Assembly: GCA_951406725.2 (NCBI GenBank)
Contig: OX597820.1
Coordinates: 4,216,001 to 4,280,000 of the forward strand
Direction of reading: 5' to 3'
Length of the DNA stretch: 64,000 nucleotides
Source of the DNA: Octopus vulgaris
Lineage: Eukaryota
Shown: one piece after another, positions 22,641 through 36,081 of the stretch
Layout of the letters: the number at the start of each line of letters is the position of its first letter
How positions within the stretch are numbered: position 1 is the first letter of the stretch
Notes under the pieces: model-generated
What the model saw: only the letters and a program-made list of their open reading frames with translations
The model's database searches: none
Told to the model about the DNA's origin: nothing
Position numbers and translations under genes: made by a program

Positions 22641-22949
22641 CATGTTGCACTCTCACACAACACCGCACTCCTTACGATCACATGCAGCCATCATCTTCCT
22701 ACATATATATATACACACACGATGGGCTTCTTTCAGTTTCCGTCTACCAAATCCACTCACAAGGCTTTGGTCGGCCCGAGGCTATAGTAGAAGACACTTG
22801 TCCAAGGTGCCACGCAGTGGGACTGAACCCGGAACCATGTGGTTGGTAAGCAAGCTACTTACCACACAGCCATGCCTGCGCCTATACTGAATAAACACTC
22901 GCAGACAAATTGCATCTTTAATTTCAAGATAATTGTTGCATTTGGCAGA

Positions 22950-25000
22950 TTACCTTTAACCTGCACAGGTATTCCAACTTGTATGATCGAGGAGTAAATG
23001 TTAGGAAAGATGGGGTTACAGAGGTCTGCACTTGTCTGAAATGATTGGGGAAAAGTAGTTTCTGCAGGGTTTTAGGAGGGAAATACTTGTAGGGGTGATG
23101 AGAGAAGCGGGAGTTGACCAGTAGTAAATGTTATTAGCTACCTTAATGAAGCTGAGGTCATTTTAATAGCATCAGAAGAAAGAGGTAGCAGAGACGGCAT
23201 GTCTGTGATCTGGGAGGCTGTGGTGTGATGATGAATGAGGCATTGCCAATCAACCAAATAACCTTGGGTGGCAGGAAGAAGCAGATTGGGACTGCGGTAT
23301 TTGTTATGCTTGAGGAAGAAGCCTAGTTTTTCTGGTACAGTTTTACTAATGTAATAATATGTGAGACTGTCATAACAAAAAATTTATTGCTTTATTGCCC
23401 ACAGGGTGCTAAACATAGAGGGGAAAAACAAGGGCAAAGGGTTTCAGTTGATTACATCGACCCCTGTGTGCAACTGGTACTTATTTAATCGACTTCGAAA
23501 GGATGTAAGTCAAAGTCAACCTCGGCGGAATTTGAACTCAGAAGGTAACGCTAGGTGAAATACTGCTAGGTATTTCACCTGGCGTGCTAATGATTCTGCC
23601 AGCTCGCCGCCCTGTCATAAGGAAATATTAGAGGTTGAGAGGAGTCACATTTGTAACACTTTTGTCTGAGTTATTTATCCCAGCACTTTTTCACTCACTC
23701 TATTTCATACATTCCCATTACTTTCACTTCCTCAAATGGCCTTCTTTTATGTATCTGTCTGCATTCATAGAGAGAATTATCATCGCCACCACCAACACAC
23801 AATCATGACTGTTTCATTAAAAATGGAGATTGTGTCTTTTGTGTTTTTAAAGAATGTGAAGCTGTTGTGGCCACACTGAAGGATGTTTTTGATGTTCCTA
23901 TTCAATGGAAGTAATGCAAATCTGGTGTGGTATGTGAATGGTTAAAAGAATGACAGTTGGTATCACCTGTAGAGGATTGTGGGTAGCAAATGCTCCTTGT
24001 AGAACTACTGTGATTGAGGAATTGTGGATAAGGGTATTAAGTTGGGAGAAATCCTCTTAACAAGGGAGCAGACATCTCTGCTGCAGTTTATGATCCAAGG
24101 CAGTTTACAGGGCTTGTACGGTACACAAAGCACATCCTTTATTTTCATCTTGTTTGCACTGTAATGGTAAATTAATTCCATGGTTAACGAGTCAGCAACT
24201 TTCACGAGGATTTGAATCAGCTGAGGGTTTGTGTGTTGTAGGCTTTGGTTGTCATGGAGACGAGGAATGACATAATCAAGAGAAGGATATTGATCATCCA
24301 CTTAGCTACCTTGATTAGTGGTCAGGTGATCCAACGAGAGAAGAGACTGTGATGGCCAGCAGCAGCAGTTGTTGTATAGCCCCAGGCTAGCCCAGAAGGA
24401 GTGGAACTATGATTAAAGATATTCTAACTGTGACCATTCTGTGTGGGTAGAGAAATAGGTTATGATGTTTGCCTTTATAAAGTCCATTCCCAGCCACTGT
24501 CAATTAGGGTGACCGTGTATTTGCCATTTTTAGCTCAGGCCTGGGTAAGGTGTTTTTGTGGAAAAGACCAGCAGTCGATGATGGATGCAAATTTTCTCGT
24601 CTCCATGCCACCAGCGTGGCCCAAAGGAAAGGTTCTTCTTCAAGACTGAAACACAGGTGTCACAGGTGTTGCTGTCAGAATGCTATTTCTTGCAGTTCCT
24701 TCACTGGCCCTTGCCAAGAGGTCAAATGTGGATATTAAGTGTGTTGGCCCCAATAAGGATAGCGATGGGTACAGGTAGGAATAGGTACAAGGGGATACAA
24801 GTGGGTAGGGATACTAATTGCTCCAGAGAATTAAGGATGGTTGAAAATTCATGAGGAAAGGGCTTAAGAATCAAGAGGGGGTTGTGAATATTGAAGTTAG
24901 TGATGAGGGTGGATTTGGTAAGCATTTTGCTTGGCATGCGAACGGTTTTGCCAGTCTGCTGCCTTTTGTTAATTCCATAACTAAAATAATAATATTCCAT
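22950..25000 (-). pseudogene. Highly decayed LINE relic (APE-like remnants)
   Basis: NFNIHN...LEQLVSLPTCIP...NTLNI resembles the APE GDFN.H / EQLV..PT.IP / NTLDL pattern. Boundaries are uncertain. Confidence 0.4.
23385..23611 (-). mobile_element. tRNA-derived SINE (family 2)
   Basis: Homologous to 31291-31514. Flanked by ctgtcataa direct repeats. Confidence 0.8.
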
Positions 25001-25465
25001 GAAATTCATCATCGTTTAACATCCGTTTTCCATGCTGGCATGGGTTGGACGGTTCGACCGGGGTCTGGGAAGCCAGAAGGCTGCACCAGGCTCCAGTCTC
25101 ATCTGGCAGTGTTTCTACAGCTGGATGCCCTTCCTAACGCCAACCACTCCGTGAGTGTAGTGGGTGCTTTTTACGTGCCACCTGCACAGGTGCCAGGCGA
25201 GGCTGGCAACGGCCACGGTCGGATTGGTGCTTTTTACGTGCCACCGGCACAGAAGCCAGTCAAGGTGGCGCTGGCATTGGTCACATACAGAAGGTGCTTT
25301 TTAGGTGCCAACAAAATTTCATTAAATTCCTGTTTCTCTCTTGATATAAAATAAAGTGCTGTCGTTGCATGTTAAAACACAACTGAATAATGAAGAAGAG
25401 GCTTGCGATAAGAGAGCTGTTATCATCGGCTGAGACGAGAGCGGTGGAGGTGGGATGGCTCTCCT

Positions 25466-26180
25466 TTTAAGAGGTTTTATGAGATAACAAATCAGTAGAG
25501 CATCAAATGATATACCTTGTGGCATTTAGCTGAATCCTTTTTATATTCTCAGTTCAATTCATACCTAGGGCCACCTTGCCTTCCATGGTCAATAAAATAA
25601 ATTGTAACCGACAATACTTCAGAAAGTGGTGTTCCAGCATACACTGCCATCTTTAAAACAAGATGGTTATGGTTAGAGTGCTTTTGATCAAATATCTGCT
25701 TAGTAGGGCAAATGTCAGAGTCTAAACAATACCAAAATACAGTTTTATAGATCTATTTGACTGCTTGATTATTTTGGTTTGAGTTCTTGTAAAATCTCAG
25801 AATTTATGGTCTCTCGATAACAGCAGCTTCCAATCTACCTAAACATCACACAAGTTACTGCAGTATTTGTCCAAAGATAACATCTCTTATAGACTTGCTG
25901 TATTTAAAAGCAATACGAGGGGGGGGGGGATGCGAAGATGAAAACTCATCTCTGCAGAAGATAGCAAGAATACCAAATACATTTGGCTTTGCAGGTTTTT
26001 TTTTATTTATTATCAATAATGTTTACTCATAGCTACATGCCTGGATGAAATCCAGCCATGCCAACATATCAGAAACTGTGAATAAAACAATCACTGCTGT
26101 TGTAAATAACTGCTCAGCTGAATAAAAATCTGGTACATGCAATTGAAGCAGTATTAAATTAATATTAAACTATTATTATA

Positions 26181-26217
<37 letters not shown>

Positions 26218-28057
26218 TCAATGTCTTGTATCAAACTCAGAATCTTGGGGTTAGTAGCCTGCGCTCTTAACCACTACGCCATATGCCCGTGAGCAATTAA
26301 GTGGTGAATTTTTAAGGCTTATAAATCTAATATTCTCCTATCCTTCCTTAATACCGATTCCCATATGCTGCTCATATCTGCACTCGGTCTGCTTAGGAGG
26401 TTGTTGTGTTCCAGCATATGTGCTGCTTCTTTTAGTTTTCGTATTTTCCAGTGGTGTCCTTTGTCTATTATTTTAACTTCATCCCACAGGGGGGGGGGGT
26501 GTCTCCATTTTTAAACTATAATAATTTTAAACTAATAATGATATTTTATGATAAGATTTCAATGAATTACAGATTCTAACTTGATATAATTTTTAAAAAA
26601 TGCTGTCATTGCATGTTAAAACACAACCAAATAATGTAGAGGAGGCTTGAGATAAGAGAGGTGTCATCATCAATTGAGTCTAGAAAGGTGGAGGTAGGAT
26701 AGCTCTCCTTCTAAGAGGTTTCAGGAGATAAAGAGAGATAAAAATGATGGGACTAAAGTTCAATGGCTCATTACAATGATAAAAGATTGAAGATTAAAAG
26801 GAAAAATTTTATAATTTGTGAACATGAAGCAAAGCATGGATGTGGGTGACTACCTCTTTGGAGTTAAGTTATCAAATGAGGTGTGGTGAGAGCTATCAAA
26901 GGGAGGAGAAATAGAGATTATCAATTTTAGAAGAGCTGTCGTCTTTATGGTAATTTACATGACTGAACCTGTTGAAAAATTTGGAGGGCAGTACTTAATG
27001 AAATCAGATCAAATCTAGCTTGTTGTTGAGATTTCCATTTTTGTTTTGTCGAATAAAGGATCCATAAAGTATAAGGGACTAAAAAAACTACAGCAATTAC
27101 ATTTATTACAATCCATACTTTACACCCGTTTCGGTCATGGTAATAGACACATCACAATGACAGATGTGACTCTACTCCTATCATCAATCATGACACCACC
27201 ACCACCACCCTAGATCATAATTTTGACAAGAAGGAGCCTCAATTCTTATCCACTCAGGGTCCTCTTACCAGACGATCACTTTCAGCTCTCAATGTCACAG
27301 ACAGCATCCAGCAAGCAGCTGTAAAAATATGTTGGTCATCTGTGCTAGGTCAGCACGGAGTGACTTCATGAATGCAGTTGATGTTGACGACCAACTGCGG
27401 TACTGGAAGTGTAGCAGTCATTAAGAGACTTGCCCAAGCTAAGGAGGACCCAAGTTTTACAGACATGAAAAACAATTGTTATGATTAGTTGTTATTAAGA
27501 TTCTCTTCTAAAGTTGTCCGAAAAAGGATGGAAGTTCAGATATTTCTTATGTCATTGAGTACAGACCAGACCTACATCTTGATGTCCACCTTTGAGGCTA
27601 TCAACAATAATAAAGAATTTGAATTCAGAAATTATCTTAAGCAAGGTGTCCTAGTTAACAGTTTTGAGCAGTTTCTGGTCTGTTAGATTGAAGGGAATGT
27701 ATTTAGTTTTATTTTGGCAGAGACTGGAACCCTAATCTGTTGCAGCAATGGATAAGTCTGAATATTAAAGTCTGTGAACTCCAGTTGATTTGAAGTCCTT
27801 TGTTCAGTGGAATATCCAAGTGTAAATTTTAACAATTGGATCTTGTTCCACACATGCAAGACATTTTGTAACTGTTCAGCTTTGCTACACACATATGTGG
27901 GCCACCTAACAGGTGTTTTGACACCATTAAAGTTTCTTTGTTCATAATGTAGAATATAGTCACAGGTAAGAAGTGTCAAAAGACACATAGACAATAGGTA
28001 CATATAAAAAGTGCTCAGACCAAACCAAGAGCTTAAACACTGAGGTTTATATATATA

Positions 28058-28107
<50 letters not shown>

Positions 28108-29475
28108 TAATTTTTTCTTGAGAACACATTCTCTGTGGAAAATGGCAATTCTGACTATATCTAGCATACAGGCTGTCCATTTTTAGTGGTCAATCCTCTA
28201 AATTTTGTGTATATATATATATATATATATATATGTTAACACTTTCTTTTACTGAACCCTCATTTGTCATTCACAACAAGAGAATCTGTCATATATATAT
28301 ATATATGAGTGTGTGTATGTATATATGTATGTTTATAATACAGACTACAAGTATAATCCATAACAGTATGCATATCTATATCCTGTTCTTAGAGAAAAGG
28401 GGTTTATGAAATTACTTAAACCTAGTCGTTATCAAAGGTTGGTTCTTAGAACTAGAAATCACTGGTATTAATGGAGGAACTTATGGCTATCTTGTCCATT
28501 TGCCAGACTGGACATTTCGGTAAGAAGTGAGCCGCACAAAATGTGAAGAATATTTCCATTAGTTCATGAAGAATGCTTTTTCCTCAGAATAATTCACAAA
28601 ACAAAGAACTCCGCTTGCTGGAATCATTAAGACAATAATCCCACGGACTCAGACGAGCTTTGTATGTGGGGCACAAGGGATTTTTGTCAACTTCATAAAG
28701 TGTTTAAGGGTTCTTTTATGAAGAAAAAAATTTTGTATAAGAGAGCGAGATGTCTTTTTTTTTCTGTTGTAATGGGGGGGGGGGGATACCTCCCTGTGTG
28801 TGTGTGTGTGTAATTATGTGCTTAAGAAGTTTATTTTGCAGCCATGTGATTCCCCATTCTATTTTATTGAATGCAATCTTTTGTAAAGGCTTTCCATTGT
28901 AGCCCTGACTTGACCAATGTCCTGTGAGTGAAATTTGATTGGTGGGAACTGTGCAGATGTTTGTGGGGGTGCATAACAAAACATGATGCATCTAGGTGCA
29001 CCTATTTACACACCAAAACATAACTTAGCCAATTGATAAATGGTACTTGATAAAACAAGTAGCAGACACATGGGGGTTAATAAGCCGTCTAAAAGCCTTA
29101 CATTTTGGTATTGTTTAGACTCTGACATTTGCCCTACTAAGCAGATATTTGATCAAAAGCACTCTAACCATAACCATCTTGTTTTAAAGATGGCAGTGTA
29201 TGCTTGAAGAGGGATTTGGTGGCTACTTCTAGCAGACAGACTGACTTCATATATGTAGCTGTAGTAATATTTTACTGGTTTCTGTTATTGACCTGTGGCC
29301 ATGCTGGAACACCACTTTCTAAAGTATTGTCGGTTACAATTTATTTTATTGACCATGGAAGGCAAGGTGGCCCTAGGTATGAATTGAACTGAGAATATAA
29401 AAAGGATTCAGCTAAATGCCACAAGGTATATCATTTGATGCTCTACTGATTTGTTATCTCATAAAACCTCTTAAA
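25466..29475. repeat. Near-identical inverted duplication: arms 25466-25738 and 29102-29475
   Basis: Read base by base as reverse complements. The left arm lacks ~97 bp lying between atgct microhomologies. Confidence 0.88.
26170..26489 (-). mobile_element. Penelope-like element 3' fragment: GIY-YIG endonuclease C-terminus followed by tRNA-like module and (AAT)n
   Basis: 26489-26319 translates to LWDEVKIIDKGHHWKIRKLKEAAHMLEHNNLLSRPSADMSSIWESVLRKDRRILDL*, a PLE GIY-YIG C-terminal pattern. The tRNA-like head at 26288-26215 belongs to the same family as copies A-C. Confidence 0.75.
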
Positions 29476-29640
29476 CCAGTGAAAGGAAATCCACCCAGCT
29501 AGAAATACATAAATATGAGGCACCAGAAAGACCCACCACCGATACCACAGAGTCCGTCCCCAGCTGGGAACTGAACTGGCTCCTGGGGAGCATTATTGCT
29601 CTCACTCTTTTGAAGAGCTAATAGATTTGTTACATGCACA

Positions 29641-29695
<55 letters not shown>

Positions 29696-30879
29696 CATCT
29701 GTTAAGATTGCTATTTGCGCTGCTTGTCTAATTAATCATCATAAACAGAACTTGTTAATTAATAAAGTGAAGTTCACCAACAGAGGTGAGCTAAAGTTAA
29801 TGTTCACTACCTACTCATTGCACCTATCACTTTTATACCAATGGAACGATATATGCCTCACACCACACACAAATCAGATCCAAACTGAACAAACACACAG
29901 AGTCAGGCACATACACACACACACACGTACGGCCAGTCAAACAGACACTCGTATACAGTCAACCACACACGCTTATCCATTACAATAATTATTCTACAAG
30001 TTATCAAGTTCTACGACTTACTACTACTGTATTTAACAGTAATTATCAAAGTGAGAGACGTCCATCAATGAGAGAGCTGTTGTTAGTAATTGCTGTGACT
30101 AACATAGTTTAAGTGTGACACTAATAAACTATTGTACTATCAAAACATTTGAGGTGAACTAAGGAAGGAAGATCAGAGAAGAGATTAGTTTAGGGTTTGG
30201 TAAAATTACAAAGCCATTTGGCTAAAAGCATGCTTAGAGGTTTATGGTGTGTGTGTGTTATCTGTCATGCATTCACAGTTCACTAGTACTTTCATGTTTT
30301 ATAACAATCTTCAGGTGAATAGCATAGTCATAATATCAATAACAGATTACTGTTACAACTAATGAGTACCATAACAGTATGGCATCCTAGATTTAATGTC
30401 ACTGCATTGGTAAGAAGAGATAACTGTTGCAAAGTTCATGAAACAGACAAACTGAAAAATATTGATATGAAGCTAAATATTAATAACTTTTCCATGCTAG
30501 ATGGTTTGACAGGAATTGGCAAGGCGAGGAGCTGCACTAAGTTCCATTGTCCATTTTGGCATGGTTTCTACAGTTGGATGCCCTTCCTAACACCAACTAC
30601 TTTACAAAGTGTACTGGGTGCTTTTTATATGGCACCAGCACCAACAGGGTTACCAAATACCTTGTGTTATAAACCCAAACTGGAATGTCTAAGTTTAGAA
30701 GGTTTTAATCAACTAAAAATACAGTAATCTACAATACAAACAAAGATTGTTAAATGTAGGCAAAACTAAACTTCAACACAACAACAGTTTTATGCAGCGA
30801 GTTGCTACAGTCTCGGCTAACTAAAAACTAGCACTGAACACGTCATGCCGGAAACAGAACAGAACTGTGCAATCAAGAC

Positions 30880-31600
30880 AATCAAAGTCACGTGATGAAA
30901 ACTAAAATCCCAACACCTTGCAAGACAAAACTTTATTTCATGGCCCCAATCCATGCAAAAAGAAATATTCCATGTTGTTTAGCTCAAGAAATAAGTACAA
31001 TAATTGAAGACAAACAATTTAGAAACAAACATTTAGCAAAAACTGAAAGAATTCTTAATTTCTCAGAAATATCTGCTACTCTAAATAAAGAATAGAATTG
31101 AAAAAATACCTATTTCTTTATTACCCACAAGGGGCTAAACACAGAGAAGACAAACAAGGACAGACAAAGGGATTAAGTCGATTATATCGACCCCAGTGCG
31201 TAACTGGCACTTAATTTATCGGCCCCAAAAGGATAAAAGGCAAAGTTGACCGTAGCGGAATTTGAACTCAGAATGTAACGGCAGACGAAATACTTATTTC
31301 TTTACTACCCACAAGGGGCTAAACACAGAGAGGACAAACGGATTAAGTCAATTATATCGACCCTAGTGCGTAACTGGCACTTAATTTATCGGCCTCGAAA
31401 GGATGGAAGGCAAAGTTGACCTCGGCGGAATTTGAACTCAGAACGTAGCAGCAGACGAAATACCACTAAGCATTTCGCCCGGCATGCTAACGTTTCTGCC
31501 AGCTCGCCGCCTTAAATTGAAAAAATACCAAAACTCAACAACCTCACATAACACAAAAAAGAATAAGATATTCATTGTTTTGACTCATAACCATATGAAA
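30880..31600 (+). pseudogene. Penelope-like RT thumb/linker relic, interrupted by a SINE dimer
   Basis: PIHAKRNIPCCLAQEISTIIEDKQFRNKHL resembles the PLE HP.H.K.NIP..LA..I..IV pattern. The sequence resumes after the 15-bp TSD at 31515-31529. Confidence 0.55.
31111..31514 (-). mobile_element. tRNA-derived SINE (family 2), tandem dimer
   Basis: Head aaggcggcgagctggcagaaacgttagc with B-box gagttcaaattcc. 15-bp TSD aattgaaaaaatacc at 31096-31110 and 31515-31529. Confidence 0.85.
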
Positions 31601-32000
31601 GGAGATGGTTTTACTGTAGCAAGAGAACAACTACCGATCAGTGCACAGAGTCTACAACAGCACCAACTAATCAATAAGGAAACGGTAATTTAATCATTTA
31701 AAACACTGCCAAAACATTTTAAGTGATTATTGACCCATTTGACCAGGATGAGGACAGAAAAAGATCTCAAGAAGATTCACATAACGACAAACAATGCGGT
31801 ACTTGTCAATGGTGGAGTTACTACTGTACTTGTAAGTACCATAGTAACTACACCATGAGAATGGAATTAGACTGGTTGGTGGTACTTGATGTGGTGCTCG
31901 AAACTCACCGGTAACAGTTGTACATCTAACTGTACACACAACATATACTATGTATAAATAAATACACACACACACACACACACACAAATATATATATATA

Positions 32001-32167
32001 GGCACAGGTGTGGCTGTGTGGTAAGTAGCTTGCTTACCAACCACATGGTTCTGGGTTCAGTCCCACTGTGTGGCACCTTGGGCAAGTGTCTTCTACTATA
32101 GCCTCGGGCCGACCAAAGCCTTGTGAGTGGATTTGGTAGACGGAAACTGAAAGAAGCCCGTCATATG

Positions 32168-32215
<48 letters not shown>

Positions 32216-32434
32216 TATGTATGTATTTGTGTGTATATGTTTGTGTCTGTGCTTGTCTGCCCCCCAACATCATTTGACAACCGATGCTGGTGTGTTTACG
32301 TCCCCCGTAACTTAGCAGTTCAGCTAAAGAGACTGATAGAATAAATACTGGGCTTACAAAAAATAAGTTCTGGGGTCGATGTGCTTGACTAAAGAAGACA
32401 TTCCAGCATGGCTGCAGTCAAATGACTGAAACAA

Positions 32435-32436
<2 letters not shown>
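32001..32436 (+). mobile_element. tRNA-derived SINE (family 1), full length, flanked by (TA)n
   Basis: Colinear with 41276-41696. Confidence 0.85.
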
Positions 32437-32483
<47 letters not shown>

Positions 32484-35394
32484 CAGACTACTGTTGCTAC
32501 ATAATATTTCTCACTCACAGATTTAAAACTCGTTTTTTTTCCTCTTTAGAAGGTCAGTGACTGTGTGTCACTTTAAAAGTATATACTGTAAGCAAGAGTG
32601 AGTGGCTGCTATCTGTAGCTGGCGGTTGTCCTGTACCGATGAAGAGAAATTACTCAGAAACCATTGCTCTACAGGTATTGCTACGGCTAGAAAGGGACAG
32701 TAAACTCCCTTGCTCACAGTATATGGACACAGATCACGTGTCAGTAGCCAGCTGGAAAAGATGTTTTTCTGGGGCTAAAAAGTAGTAACATCGTCCTGCG
32801 TAGGACTGCCACGTTGTGTTGGCAAAAAGACTTTACATATATTCTTTTATTTGTTTCAGTCATTTGACTGTGGTCATGCTGGAACACCACCTTTAGTTGA
32901 ACAAATCGATCCCAGGACTTATCTTTTGTAAGCCTAGTACTTATCCTATCAGTCTCTTTTGCTGAACCTCTAAGTTACAGGGACATAAACACACCAATCT
33001 CAGTTGTCAAGTGACAGTGAGGGGGGACAAACACAGACACACAAACATGCATATATAAATATATCTGACAGGCTTCTTTCAGTTTCCATCTACCAAATCT
33101 ACTCACAAGGCTTTGGTCAGCCTGAGGCTATAGTAGAAGACACTTGCCCGAGGTTCCACACAGTGGGACTGAACAGAGAACTAAGTGGTTGGGAAGCAAA
33201 TTTCTTACCACACAGCCATGCCTGCACCTATATATATATATTGGACAAACTGGAAATGCGCTGACTGAATGTGTGTGGATACACAAACAGCAGCAAATTA
33301 GAAAGATTCCATGAAGGTAACATCTGGATAACTACTTTTAAAGTATTTACTTTTTTTAAATGAAGAGAGAGTGTAACATTAGAAGGTCTGTTACAGAGAA
33401 ATATTTTACTGAAAAATTCCAACCAAAATAAATGGACGACATCATCACCACCACCACCACCACAATGTTTTCCAATTTGCCTCTATTTCATGATCAATCA
33501 AGCAATAACCTCCCCTTGCTGATACTTTGATATCGAGATTATTCTATTCTCTCATTACAACAAGAACCACCTCTTACCAATACTAGGTTGTTATTTCTGG
33601 GACACTGCGTAAATTCAATACAACAAAGCTATTCATCTTATGAATGTTGTTACTGCAAAACATTGAAGTACTACTTAATTGTGAATACATGTTTCAGAAT
33701 TTGGTTATGTTGAAATCTTTAATGATTAAATACGCTTTCATTGAACATAGATTTTCTAACACACGCACATATCAATCATCTTCATTTAATGCCTGGCTTT
33801 TGTGCTAGGATGGGTTGGTTGGACAGTTCAACAGGGTTCGGCAAACTGGAGGACTGTGACATGCTCCAGTATTCACTCTGCCCTTCAGTAATGCCAACCA
33901 TTTTACAAAGTGGACTGGGCATTTTTTGTAGCACCAGCACTAGTGATGACCAACTTAAAACTCATTGAGTTAAGGGCTTAATGTGAGCTCTATAACTAAG
34001 AGAAGGGCCTTCTCTAGGTCAACAAACATCAGGTATAGGGGCTTGAATCAGGAGAAGGTAGGATGACAAGGAAGTGTAAGATGAGAAGAATAGATTTTAT
34101 AGACGAAAGGGTGTAGAGGGGAGAGTAAGAGGAAGGGGGAATATGGCAGGGGGACAGGAATGGAGTACTACCAGGGATTATTGAGAAAAGAAGAGAGTGG
34201 AATGATCATGGCCGTTGCCAGCCTCCCCTGGCACCTGTGCCAGTGGCACGTAAAAAGCACCCACTACACTCACAGAGTGGTTGGTGTTAGGAAGGGCATC
34301 CAGCTGTAGAAACTCTGCCAGATCAGACTGGAGCCTGGTGCAGCCTCCTGGCTTCCCAGACCCCGGTCAAACCGTCCAACCCATGCTAGCATGGAAAGTG
34401 GACGTTAAACGATGATGATGATGATAATGATGATAGAAAGGTGACTGGGTAGGTTGTGTGTGTATCAGGTCTAGGGATATCCTACATTATAAGAGTGACT
34501 ATACAAGTGTGAGAAGTGGGTAGGAAGGGATGAACAGACTAGGGTGGAGAGGAATCCCGAGGGGGTTCTCTGAAGGGAAGAGAGGTGTGGGAGTAGGCAA
34601 GAAGAGGAGGGAAAGCTGAGAAGGGGTTTGGGGAGGTGAAGCTGTGGGGAAAAGAGAGTAGTAAGAGAAACTCCTGTAGAGAGTGAGGGAGTAGTGGGTG
34701 AGAGCAATAAGAGAAATAAAGGAAAGGGAGCCTAAATGTAGGGAGAAGAAGGGCCATGGAAACATCCCAGATGAGGAGGAAAAGGGAAGAGGGGAGGGGG
34801 GGAAAACTAGGTTCAGTGAGTGCAGTGAGAAAGACAAAGGCCACCTCTGCCGCCAACAAAGGGTTTCTCACTAAACATCAACAGCAAATTGTATGATACT
34901 TGTGGCCAAAATAGGGGGTTACATGTTAGTGACTTAAGGGTCTTGAACGCAATCAGTTTTTAAACTCCTCTGTTATGGCTCAGAGGATTTTTTAATGAAC
35001 AGAAGGGGGTTGAGCCCTAAGCCCTGATGCACCTTTACCTTTGTGCTAAATCCATCACTATGCTTTTTAATAAGCCTCAACCTTACAAGCAGTGCTTCTG
35101 TACATGGTTTGTACAGGTGTCACAAGCCATTCATATTCTCCAAGATTCCTCAGTGACCACCAAATCACAGAGTGTGGAACCCGGTGAAAGGCCTTCTCTA
35201 GGTCAACAAATATCAGGTATAGGGGGCTAAAATCAGGCTAGAGACCTTTTCCACAGCTGTTTCACAAGAAAGATGGCATCAGAAGTACTTTTCTCTGGTA
35301 CAAAATCAAACTGCATTGCCTCTCTGTAAATTCTCGCCCTAATCATTGTACTAAACCTTTTCAATAATTTTCGTAACCTGTTCCAACCTGTGTG

Positions 35395-35620
35395 TGGGAG
35401 TGAGTGGGAGGGAGAGAGAAAGAGGGAGAGAGAGAAAGAGGGAGAGAGAGAGAGAGGGAGAAAGGGAGAGTGAGAGAGTGAGAAAGAGTGAGAGAGTGAG
35501 AAAGAGAGAGAGAGGGAGAAAGAGAAAGAGGGAGAGAGAGAGAGAGGGAGAAAGGGAGAGTGAGAGAGTGAGAAAGAGACAGAGAGGGAGAAAGAGAGAG
35601 AGAGGAGAGAGTGTGTGTAT
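35395..35620. repeat. (GA)-rich compound microsatellite with ~78-bp higher-order repeat
   Basis: Directly visible. Confidence 0.85.
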
Positions 35621-36081
35621 AAAGATTGAGAGATCAAATAATATTGTGATATTGATCTCAGAGCAAGGGCGTTGTTGTTTTTAGTGATTTTGGCTTACTT
35701 TCTCTCTTGCAACTGTCATTCTGTTTGCTCTGTGTCAACGTTTAAATAATTTTTCAAGTAAATAACAAGAAAATGCTTATAATGGCACTGAAGCGGAACC
35801 ATTTATCAAGGGTGTGTAAATGGTGTCTCTAAATTGCAGGAGTTGTTTCTTGAGAAAATCTGTAGAAACTGACCAAATGCATTCGTAATGAAGTGTCCAC
35901 ACAACGCTAAAAGTAATAATGGTACCACTTTATATAAATGAGGCCATTAGAGCACTGACAAACTAAATTAATTGAAATGTAAAAGCTGCCCGTTTCACTG
36001 AGCGACTGGAGGAGACGGACAAACAGACAGACATTGCACTAACCACATTGTCGGAGAAGTACAAACCATGAAGAGATGGTT

